Origin: an uncultured delta proteobacterium
GTDB lineage: Bacteria; Myxococcota_A; UBA9160; UBA4427
Direction: 5' to 3'
Length of the DNA: 64,000 bases
Assembly (NCBI GenBank): GCA_963822965.1
Contig: CAWGJT010000012.1
Span: 96,001 to 160,000 of the forward strand
A program made the position numbers and the translations under genes. Position 1 is the first letter of the stretch. The number at the start of each line of letters is the position of its first letter. This document shows positions 56,565 to 64,000 of this stretch, piece after piece. The notes under the pieces are model-generated. The model had not been told where the DNA came from. It ran no database searches and saw nothing but the letters and a program-made list of their open reading frames with translations.

Positions 56565-58835
56565 TCAGGCCCGGCCGAAGGACTGGCCGAAGCCCCGCAG
56601 CCGAAGGCCCAGATAGGCCGCCACCACCGCGAACAGCAGGGTCGGTGCCCAGCCCGCCAGCCAGGGCGAGATGGCGCCGCTGTAGCCGAAGCTCGTCCAC
56701 ACGCCGGTCAGCAGCACGTAGGAGACGGCCACCACGGCGCTCAGCACGAGGGTCGTGGCCGACGTCGGATGCGGAGGCCCGCCCACCGCGAAGAACAGGG
56801 CCAGGGCCGGAAGCACCAGGCACGCCACGGGAGACGCGAGCTTCACGAACAGGTCCACGCGGTAGTGGGTCGCGTCGAGCCCGCTGGCCTCCACCTCCTC
56901 GATCTCGTCCTGCAGCTCGCCCACGGAGAGGTTCCGGGTGTCGACGTCGGCCTGGATCGCCTCTCCGATCGTCACGTGGGAGGGCCCCGAGGTCCGGACG
57001 AGTCCCGCCTCGGTGTGCACCACCCGCACCGGATCCTCGAGCAGCCACTGGCCGCCGCCGATGTGTCGGGCGGAGGACGCGTCGCCGCGCGACACGGGCA
57101 GGCCGTCCTCGCCGAGGTGGAAGACCGTGATGTTGCTGGCAGTCCCCTCCTTCGGGTCGAGGCGGTCGGCCTGGTAGAAGGTGTCACCGCTCCGGAACCA
57201 GGCGCCGAGCCCCTCCTGACGACTTCCCCCCTTCTTGACCGCGTCCTTCACGTAGCTGGCCAGGGCGTTGGTCTGCGGCAGCACCTCGTTGTTGAGCAGG
57301 AAGTAGGCCGGCACGATCAACGCACAGATCACGAGGATCGGCAGCAGCGCGCGCGGCGCCGGAATGCCGCAGGCGCGCATGCCCATCAGCTCCCCCTGCC
57401 CCGCCAGCACGCTCACCGTGAGGGCCGTCGCCACCAACAGCGACATGGGAACGACCCGGGAGGCCAGCAGCGGGATGCGCGCACCGTAGTAGCCCATCAC
57501 CTGGCCGAAGGTGGCGCCGTACTTGCCCATCCACTGGAGCCGCTCGAGGATGTCGATCAACAGGTATCCGACCAGCACCACCGTGAAGCACAGCCCCGCC
57601 ATCTGCAGGAAGCGCACGGCCACGTAGCGCTCCAGGGGCCAACGGTGCATGCGAACGCGGGCAGGGGCGTCCTCGGTCTCGCGGGACTCCTTCGAGGACG
57701 GCCGGGCGGCGTGGCGCCCGAAGGCCGTCATGCTCGTCATCCGCGCCACCATGAAGCCGGCGACCCCCGCCAGCACGAGGTTGGGGAGCCAGGCGCCCAG
57801 GGCCGGGGAGACCGTCCTGTCGTAGACCAGGGAATCGCCGAGCTGCGCGAGTCCGTAGTAGCCGACGGTGGCCAGGATGCCGAGGACGCCGCCGCCCGAG
57901 CGGGAGAAGTCCGCGCGCGCGAGGAAGAGGGGGACGATCAGGAGGCCGAACACCAGCGTGGCCGCCGGCAACGAGAAGCGGCGGTGCAGGTTGAGGGCCG
58001 CGTCGTAGCCCCTCCGTTCGGACTTCGAGGCCCCGTGCTCGATCTCGACGAGCTCCGCCAGGGTCGCCCCGTCCATCCGGTCCTTCATGCTGCGGCGCAC
58101 GGTCTCGTCGCCGTGGGGCAGGTCGGCCGTCATGCGCTCGAAGCGGAGCTCGCGGGCGGTCTTGCGCGGGTCGAGCAGCAGGCTGCCGTTCTCCAGCACC
58201 AGGCGGTTGCCTCCCGACGGCGCCGCCTCCAGGTGGCCGGACTGCGCGAAGACCGTCTCGTGGATGGTGGGCATGTACAGGAACACGCCGCGCATGCGAT
58301 CCCCGCTGCTCGACACCTCGCGCGCCTGCAACATCCAGTCGCCGAAGCGCTGGACGATGCCCGGCGTGATCGAGGCGCCGGGATTGCGGCGACCGATTTC
58401 CTCGAGCTTCGCGTCGAGGCCGCGACTCGCCCACGGCGAGGCCCACAGCGAGAGGGCCACGGCCGCCGCCGCCATGACCGTCGCGAACAGCATCACCGGC
58501 CCCATCACGCGCGGCGACGAGATACCGCTCGCCTCGAGCATCAACAGCTCGCGGTCGGCGCCCAGGCGTCCCATGGCGACGAGCCCACCCACGAGCACCG
58601 CGAAGGGCAGCATCTGCGCCACCACGGGCAGCATCTGGAACAGCGCCAGCGCGCCCACGTCCCCCAGCGAGAGGCCACGATTGATCACCATCTCGGAGTA
58701 GCCGACGAGCTCACGGGTGAGGACGACGAGTGTCAGCCCCCCGAGGGTATACAGGGTCGGAAACACCATCTCGAGAGTGAGATAGCGATAGAGGGTCGTC
58801 CCGAGACGCCTGTGGACGGGCATGGCTTCGGTCAT
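56565..58835 (-). CDS. lptFG: Fused LptF-LptG family ABC permease (two YjgP/YjgQ domains)
   Basis: First half TLYRYL..E, LPFAVL.G..VAMGRL..DRE...LEASGIS, HRRFSLP; second half LERYVA, GELMGMRACGI, KLASPVAC, SPWLAGWAP; no stop between the halves. Confidence 0.9.
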   Translation of the reverse strand: MTEAMPVHRRLGTTLYRYLTLEMVFPTLYTLGGLTLVVLTRELVGYSEMVINRGLSLGDVGALALFQMLPVVAQMLPFAVLVGGLVAMGRLGADRELLMLEASGISSPRVMGPVMLFATVMAAAAVALSLWASPWASRGLDAKLEEIGRRNPGASITPGIVQRFGDWMLQAREVSSSGDRMRGVFLYMPTIHETVFAQSGHLEAAPSGGNRLVLENGSLLLDPRKTARELRFERMTADLPHGDETVRRSMKDRMDGATLAELVEIEHGASKSERRGYDAALNLHRRFSLPAATLVFGLLIVPLFLARADFSRSGGGVLGILATVGYYGLAQLGDSLVYDRTVSPALGAWLPNLVLAGVAGFMVARMTSMTAFGRHAARPSSKESRETEDAPARVRMHRWPLERYVAVRFLQMAGLCFTVVLVGYLLIDILERLQWMGKYGATFGQVMGYYGARIPLLASRVVPMSLLVATALTVSVLAGQGELMGMRACGIPAPRALLPILVICALIVPAYFLLNNEVLPQTNALASYVKDAVKKGGSRQEGLGAWFRSGDTFYQADRLDPKEGTASNITVFHLGEDGLPVSRGDASSARHIGGGQWLLEDPVRVVHTEAGLVRTSGPSHVTIGEAIQADVDTRNLSVGELQDEIEEVEASGLDATHYRVDLFVKLASPVACLVLPALALFFAVGGPPHPTSATTLVLSAVVAVSYVLLTGVWTSFGYSGAISPWLAGWAPTLLFAVVAAYLGLRLRGFGQSFGRA

Positions 58836-59061
58836 GGCGCTTCGAACTCTCCGGATCTCCCTGCGAGGAGCCGTTGCCCGGACGAACCCCGGCTCGGGCG
58901 CCACCCGGCCCTGCGAACGTGCCCGTGGGGCCAGCGCCCCGAAGTGCTTGCTGCCGCTCCGGAAGCTGGATTAGAGTTCCTGTCGATCCCCCCTGAACGG
59001 CTCCATCGTAGCCCGAGTGACTGCCTCGTGACGGAGGGGGTCCCGGCGCGTCGGGAGATCC

Positions 59062-59838
59062 ATGCGAGCGATCATACTGAGCGCGGGACAAGGCAAGCGC
59101 CTCCTCCCCCTCACCGAGAGTACGCCCAAGTGCCTTCTGCACGTGCAGGACGGCAGGTCCCTGCTGGAGTTCCAGCTGCGGACGCTTGCCGCCTGTGGCG
59201 TCGAGCACGCCTCGGTGATCGTCGGCTTCGGGGCCGACCAGGTCGAGGATCACCTCGCCCGTCATCCCGTGGCGGGGATCGAGGTCCGGGCGGTCTACAA
59301 CCCGTTCTACGCCCTGAGTGACAATCTCGCGACGGCCTGGCTGGCGCGCTCGGAGATGGTGGGCGAGTTCGTGCTGCTGAACGGCGACACCCTCTTCGAG
59401 GCGGCCGTCCTGCGGAAGCTGCTCGCTGCACCCAAGGCCCCGCTCACCTTGAGCATCAACGTCAAGGACGACTACGACGACGACGACATGAAGGTCGTCC
59501 TGAACGGAGGCCGCCGCCTCGCCGCGGTGGGCAAGACCCTCTCGCGGGACATCGTGAACGGCGAGTCGATCGGCTTGATGCTCTTCCGTGGCGCCGGCGT
59601 ACAGGCGTTCCGCAACGCGCTGGAGGCTGCAATTCGCGAGCCCGAGGCGCTCAAGCTCTGGTACCTGTCGGTGGTGAACGGTCTCGTCGATTCCCTCCGC
59701 ATCGAGACCGCCGACATCAGCGGGCTGTGGTGGGGCGAGGTCGACAGCCCCGAGGACCTGCAGAGCGTCCGCGCCGCCCTCTCCCAGCGAGAAGCCCCGG
59801 CCATTCGTTCGAACTCATCCGCACGCTACGCCGGATGA
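59062..59838 (+). CDS. Phosphocholine-cytidylyltransferase-family (LicC-like) nucleotidyltransferase
   Basis: AIILSAGQGKRLLPLT..PKCLL, YNPFY..SDNL, LNGDTLF, DDDDMKV, GESIG, WGEVD..EDL. Confidence 0.88.
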   Translation: MRAIILSAGQGKRLLPLTESTPKCLLHVQDGRSLLEFQLRTLAACGVEHASVIVGFGADQVEDHLARHPVAGIEVRAVYNPFYALSDNLATAWLARSEMVGEFVLLNGDTLFEAAVLRKLLAAPKAPLTLSINVKDDYDDDDMKVVLNGGRRLAAVGKTLSRDIVNGESIGLMLFRGAGVQAFRNALEAAIREPEALKLWYLSVVNGLVDSLRIETADISGLWWGEVDSPEDLQSVRAALSQREAPAIRSNSSARYAG

Positions 59839-60740
59839 GCCAGCGCCGTCCCGCCCGCGGCTACGCGGCGCTGGTGCTCGCCGGTCGTCGCAGCGCGGAC
59901 GACCCCCTTGCCGCCGCAGCCGGCGCGCCCCATCGCGCCCTGCTCGACGTCCAGGGCACCCCGATGCTGGAGCGTGTGCTGCAAACGCTCGTGGCGACGC
60001 CGTGCATCCGGGAGATCGTGGTCAGCATCGACGAGCCCCGTCTGCTGGAACGGTTCCCGGGCATCGTCGCGCTGCGAGACGCCTCGCGGATCGTCGTGGT
60101 CGAGGCCGCGAGCAGTCCGAGCCGCAGCGTGCTGGCGATCCTCGGGGACGGATCGTCCGAGCAGCCCCTGCTGGTCACCACGGCCGACCACCCGCTGCTG
60201 ACCGTCGAGCTGGTGGAGGAGTTCCTGGCCCGCGCCGAAGCCCGCGGCGGCGACGTGGCCGTGGCGCTGGTCTCCTCGGCGGCCATCCGCGCCCGCTTTC
60301 CGGATGCGGTGCGGACCTACCTGCGCTTCGCGGACGAGCGCTACAGCGGCGCCAACCTGTTCGCCTTCCTGACGCCCCGGTCCCGCAGCGCGGTGGAGTT
60401 CTGGACACGCGCCGAGAGCTTCCGGAAGCGCCCTTGGCGTCTGGTCGCCACCTTCGGACCCCGAGCGCTGCTGCTCTTCCTGGGGCGGCGGCTCGACCTG
60501 GAGGCGGCCTTCGCCCACGTGTCGCGATCGCTCGGGGTGCGCGTGGTGCCCGTGGTCCTGGCGCAGGCGGAGGCCGCCGTGGACGTCGACAAGATCGCCG
60601 ACCTCGAGCTGGTGAACCGGATCCTGGCAGGCGCGGGGGTGCCCGATCCCGAGACCCCGGCGGAGGCGCCGGAGTCCGATGCTGGGGATCAGAGCCGCCG
60701 TTCGCCCTCGGCGACGAAGCCGCCGCTCGCCGCTTCGTAG
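59835..60740 (+). CDS. Nucleotidyltransferase family protein (MobA-like NTP transferase fold)
   Basis: ATGA overlap; ALVLAGRR..DPLA, ALLDV.G.PML.RV, SPSRSV, LLVTTADHPLL, RTYLRF.D..YSGANLF, RKRPW, AAVDVDK.ADL. Confidence 0.85.
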   Translation: MSQRRPARGYAALVLAGRRSADDPLAAAAGAPHRALLDVQGTPMLERVLQTLVATPCIREIVVSIDEPRLLERFPGIVALRDASRIVVVEAASSPSRSVLAILGDGSSEQPLLVTTADHPLLTVELVEEFLARAEARGGDVAVALVSSAAIRARFPDAVRTYLRFADERYSGANLFAFLTPRSRSAVEFWTRAESFRKRPWRLVATFGPRALLLFLGRRLDLEAAFAHVSRSLGVRVVPVVLAQAEAAVDVDKIADLELVNRILAGAGVPDPETPAEAPESDAGDQSRRSPSATKPPLAAS

Positions 60741-61678
60741 CCTCGGGTCGCCAGCGTGAACCGGAAGCGGGGCCCCTTGGAGACGGCCCGCCGCTCGATC
60801 CGGAACAGGTGGTACTGGGCGCGGCGGGTCTCCAGCTCGTCGCAATGAGAGGACGAGCGGACGCCGACCACCGGGATCGGCCCCTCCGGCCCTTCGACCT
60901 GGTGGACCAGGGTGCGGTGCCCGTGGCCGTGCAGGACCAGGTCGGCCCCCACGTCCCGCAGCACCCCACGCAGCTCCGCCGAATCACGCAGACGCCGGCG
61001 CGGCGTGAATCCCTCGTCCACCACCGGGTGATGGACCAGGAGGACGCAACAGAGCTCGCGCGAGCGCAGCTCGGCCAGGGTCGAGGCGAGCCGTTCGATC
61101 TGCTGATGGCCCAGTCGACCGGAGGCGGAGCCCGCACGGGTCGGCAGAGCGCTGCACGCCCCGACGAGCGCAACCGGCCCGCGAACCCGCACCGTCGGAA
61201 AGTCTTCGTGCTTGGGTGCGGAGACCGCGGAGACCGGAGGCGCAGCGACTGCCGAGGGCGGAGCTTCGCGTTCCTCGAGCACCTCGTCCGAGACCATGTA
61301 CTCGGACCACAGGTCCCAGCTCCGCTCGTGGGGCACCGCTACGTACGCATCGTGATTGCCCGGAACGAGCGAGATCCAGGAAGGCGGGCCGAGCTCGGCG
61401 AGCAGCTGTGCCGCGGCCTCGAACTCTCCGGGCAGCGCGATGTTGGTGAGGTCGCCCGTGATCGCCACGTGATCCGGATTCTGGCGTTTGAGATCCTTGA
61501 AGAGCGCCCGCAGGACCTCGCCGCGATGGAGGTGCCGGCGGCGGTGCTGCCACGAGAGCCAACCGAGGAAGCGCTTGCCCAGCAGATCTCGCGGTCGGCA
61601 GCCCTCGAGCGAGGTCACGTGCCAGTCCGACAGATGCGCGAGGGTGAACACGAGCTGGGCTCCCTGGGGGATCGTCAC
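60689..61678 (-). CDS. Calcineurin-like metallophosphoesterase
   Basis: HLSDWH, ITGDLTN, VPGNHD, VHHP, LHGHGH; overlaps the convergent NTP transferase by 52 bp. Confidence 0.92.
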   Translation of the reverse strand: MTIPQGAQLVFTLAHLSDWHVTSLEGCRPRDLLGKRFLGWLSWQHRRRHLHRGEVLRALFKDLKRQNPDHVAITGDLTNIALPGEFEAAAQLLAELGPPSWISLVPGNHDAYVAVPHERSWDLWSEYMVSDEVLEEREAPPSAVAAPPVSAVSAPKHEDFPTVRVRGPVALVGACSALPTRAGSASGRLGHQQIERLASTLAELRSRELCCVLLVHHPVVDEGFTPRRRLRDSAELRGVLRDVGADLVLHGHGHRTLVHQVEGPEGPIPVVGVRSSSHCDELETRRAQYHLFRIERRAVSKGPRFRFTLATRGYEAASGGFVAEGERRL

Positions 61679-61894
61679 GAGATCGGAGGCCGGGGCTGGA
61701 AGGAGGCTATCTCACCCGCAGCCCGTGTGATAGCCTCGCCTGCCGCTCCGCGCCCGCAACCGTCCTTCAGCTGGCCGCCAGACCCGGCAGGAAGGCTCCA
61801 TCGCCGACAGACCCCCTCGAGACGCGAGGCAGAGCGCCCGGACGAGGGCCGTCCAGGTCATGGCCCGAGCGGCCTGGAGAGCAGGAACAGCATT

Positions 61895-63139
61895 TTGCCG
61901 GTCGAAGCGAGCAGAAGGCCGCACACCTGGATCCTGACCGGAGAGCCGGACCACGCGGGATCGGGTGCCGCCGCGGCCCCGGAAGCCCGTGTCTGGGGGC
62001 TGACGACCCGGGAGCGCCTGCGCCGCAGCCTGCTACGCGCCGGCGTGTCGGGCATCGAGGCCCTCGCTCCGGGCGACCCGGTGCCCGCGTGCGAGGCGAA
62101 GTGCCTCGTGCTGCGCGGGGACCTCTTCTACGACGAACGCGTTCTGGACGGGCTGCTGGGCGCCCGAAACGTCGTCCTCGACCACAGCCTCCACGAAGGC
62201 GACGACGCGGTTCCGGTGGCCGCGATGTGCGATTCGGAGGATCTCGGCGCGGTCGTCGAGCATCTGCGCGAGCCGAAGCGTCCCCTGCCGGACGGGCTCG
62301 CCCGGGTCGGCGTGCTCGATCTCGCTCCGGCCTACAACACGAAGCTGCGGAAGATCGACGTGCCCTTCGTGTACCCCGCCAGCGTGCCGGCCCACCACCT
62401 GGAGGAGATCGAGAACCGGGTGTTCGCGGCCTCCTACAAGGGCATCACCGATCTGGTGACGAAGTGGGTGTTTCCACGGCCCGCGCGCGCCGTGGTGCGG
62501 GTGCTGGCGCACTGGGGCGTTCAGCCCAACACCGTGACGGCCGTCAGCTACGCGCTGGCGATCGCGGTAACCTGGCTCTTCGCCGAGGGGTGGTTCGCGA
62601 CCGGGCTCGCTCTCGGCTGGCTGATGACCTTCCTCGACACCGTCGACGGGAAGCTCGCGCGCTGCACGCTCACCGCCACGCGCTTCGGAAACGTATTCGA
62701 TCACGGGCTCGACCTCGTGCATCCCCCAATCTGGTGGGCGGCGTGGGCGGCCGGCCTGCCGGGCGGGATCGCCGGCCACGAGCTGGCGTTCTGGGTCGTC
62801 GTCGGCGGCTACGTCCTGGGGCGAGGCCTGGAAGGCGTCTTCAGTCTCGCATTCGGCATTCCGTTCTTCGTCTGGCGACCCTTCGACGCGTTCTTCCGTC
62901 AGGTGATCGCGCGACGCAATCCCAACCTGATCCTGCTGACCGCGAGCGTCCTCGTCGGCAAGCCCGTGTGGGGCTTCCAGGCCGTCGCCGTCTGGACGGC
63001 GATCTGCCTGGTCATCGCGGCGGGCCGCAACGTGCAGGCGCACCTCGAAGCCCGGCGCGGCGTGGACATCCACTCGTGGCTCGACGATCTCGAGGATCAC
63101 GAGGAAGCGGGGCGGATCGCCACCAGCTCTCACGCCTGA
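61895..63139 (+). CDS. CDP-alcohol phosphatidyltransferase family protein with soluble N-terminal domain
   Basis: SYKGITDLVTKWV.P, QPNTVT, signature DTVDGKLAR...GNVFDHGLD, ARRNPNLILL; N-terminal VWGLTTRERLRR; TTG start inferred. Confidence 0.88.
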   Translation: MPVEASRRPHTWILTGEPDHAGSGAAAAPEARVWGLTTRERLRRSLLRAGVSGIEALAPGDPVPACEAKCLVLRGDLFYDERVLDGLLGARNVVLDHSLHEGDDAVPVAAMCDSEDLGAVVEHLREPKRPLPDGLARVGVLDLAPAYNTKLRKIDVPFVYPASVPAHHLEEIENRVFAASYKGITDLVTKWVFPRPARAVVRVLAHWGVQPNTVTAVSYALAIAVTWLFAEGWFATGLALGWLMTFLDTVDGKLARCTLTATRFGNVFDHGLDLVHPPIWWAAWAAGLPGGIAGHELAFWVVVGGYVLGRGLEGVFSLAFGIPFFVWRPFDAFFRQVIARRNPNLILLTASVLVGKPVWGFQAVAVWTAICLVIAAGRNVQAHLEARRGVDIHSWLDDLEDHEEAGRIATSSHA

Positions 63140-63569
63140 GCCGAAGTGGGGCCTTTTGCCATCAGGCCCGGGACAGCTCGGCGCCCCGGGCCCGCCAGGG
63201 CCTCCGCTCGCGCAAGCCGTTGATCCGCTAGGGGTCCTGGTTCAAGGGGGCACGGCGGCTCGACGATGCAGAAGGTGATCCGGGTGTTGCTTCCCTCGGA
63301 GCCCCTCTCGGGTGGCCCGAATCATGACCCGAATCCTGAGGAGGGTGGATATCCCGAAGCTCCGAGTCCCGTCCCCGGCGGGTGGCAGAGGTCTGCCGAG
63401 TGGGTACGCTCTGCCGCGTTCGAGACGACCCCTCCCCCCTGTCCCGGGGTCTGGCGTAGCCAAGGTAAATCCTTCGAGCTGTAACTGGCCCGGCCACGGG
63501 CTGTAACGAAACGCCGGCGAATCGAAAATCCCGCGCGGGCCAAGCCCACCCCCCACTGGAGATCTACCT

Positions 63570-64000
63570 GTGCGTATCGGTCTACTGAACAACCTCCGTG
63601 CGGGACGCAGCGCCGAGCGCGTCTCCCGGCTGCTGCGGTTCTTGAAGGGCCATCCGGACGTAGTGACCGTCGAGACCACCAGCGCGCTGGCGGTGCCCGA
63701 GGCCCTGTCGGAGCTGGCACGCCAGGACGTCGAGCTGCTGGCCATCAACGGCGGCGACGGAACCGTGCAGCACGCCCTGACGGAGATCCTGGGCCATCGG
63801 GCGTTCGAGGGCCGGGTGCCGCTGATCGCGCCCCTGCGCGGCGGCCGCACGAACATGAGCGCGCTCGACCTGGGAGCGCACCGCGATCCCGTGAAGGGCA
63901 TGGCGTCCCTGATCGCCTCGGCGCGAGAGGGCACGCTGGACGGACGCATCACCGAGCGCCACGTGCTGCGGGTGCAGTACGGCCCGAACCAGGACTTTCT
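63570..64000 (+). CDS. Diacylglycerol/sphingosine/ceramide kinase family protein, N-terminal part (runs off window)
   Basis: Not in the ORF track; RBS GGAG plus GTG: MRIGLLNNLRAGRS...LLAINGGDGTVQHALTEIL...APLRGGRTNMSALDLG (GGDGT and G.TN motifs). Confidence 0.88.
   Translation, partial: MRIGLLNNLRAGRSAERVSRLLRFLKGHPDVVTVETTSALAVPEALSELARQDVELLAINGGDGTVQHALTEILGHRAFEGRVPLIAPLRGGRTNMSALDLGAHRDPVKGMASLIASAREGTLDGRITERHVLRVQYGPNQDF

Noticed and set aside
60002..61894. Apparent ~630-aa N-terminal extension making a 1045-aa CDP-alcohol phosphotransferase
   Set aside because: Overlaps the NTP transferase out of frame and the metallophosphoesterase antisense; protein-like sequence begins only near 61895

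Overview
64 kb of very GC-rich, gene-dense DNA from a Gram-negative (diderm) bacterium. Gene content (PEP-CTERM proteins, sigma-54 promoters, lipoprotein caspase, zinc-ribbon site-2 protease pair) suggests a Myxococcota/deltaproteobacterial lineage; that is inference only. There are four blocks. (1) 1-8.3 kb: an M16 peptidase end, ggt, a cyclophilin, and a sulfatase-like / PrsT-like TPR / PEP-CTERM trio behind a sigma-54-type promoter, then tRNA-Phe(GAA). (2) 8.3-24.2 kb: a tRNA-adjacent accessory region of secreted surface proteins. It holds two paralogous beta-helix proteins, PEP-CTERM and IPTL/VPAL-CTERM-like proteins, three FG-GAP/VCBS beta-propeller proteins built from shuffled modules (A+B+C, B, A+C), two GT4 glycosyltransferases and gene remnants including a head-to-head deletion scar. 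(3) 24.3-50.7 kb: mixed regulatory and metabolic genes (GlxA/DJ-1, S2P, TetR with a double operator, lipoprotein caspase, 7TM histidine kinase, RND pump, beta-oxidation enzymes) and a candidate small RNA. (4) 50.7-64 kb: an envelope-lipid locus with a GT/MTase/ELM1 fusion, GT2, a kinase-like protein, an E. coli-type kdsA, a fused LptF-LptG, two nucleotidyltransferases, a metallophosphoesterase, a CDP-alcohol phosphotransferase and a DAG/ceramide-kinase-family gene cut by the window end. This set resembles the Caulobacter anionic sphingolipid (ceramide-phosphoglycerate) locus and is the strongest candidate for an undescribed system here. No CRISPR array, integrase, transposase or rRNA was seen. 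All calls come from reading motifs by eye; no database searches were run.
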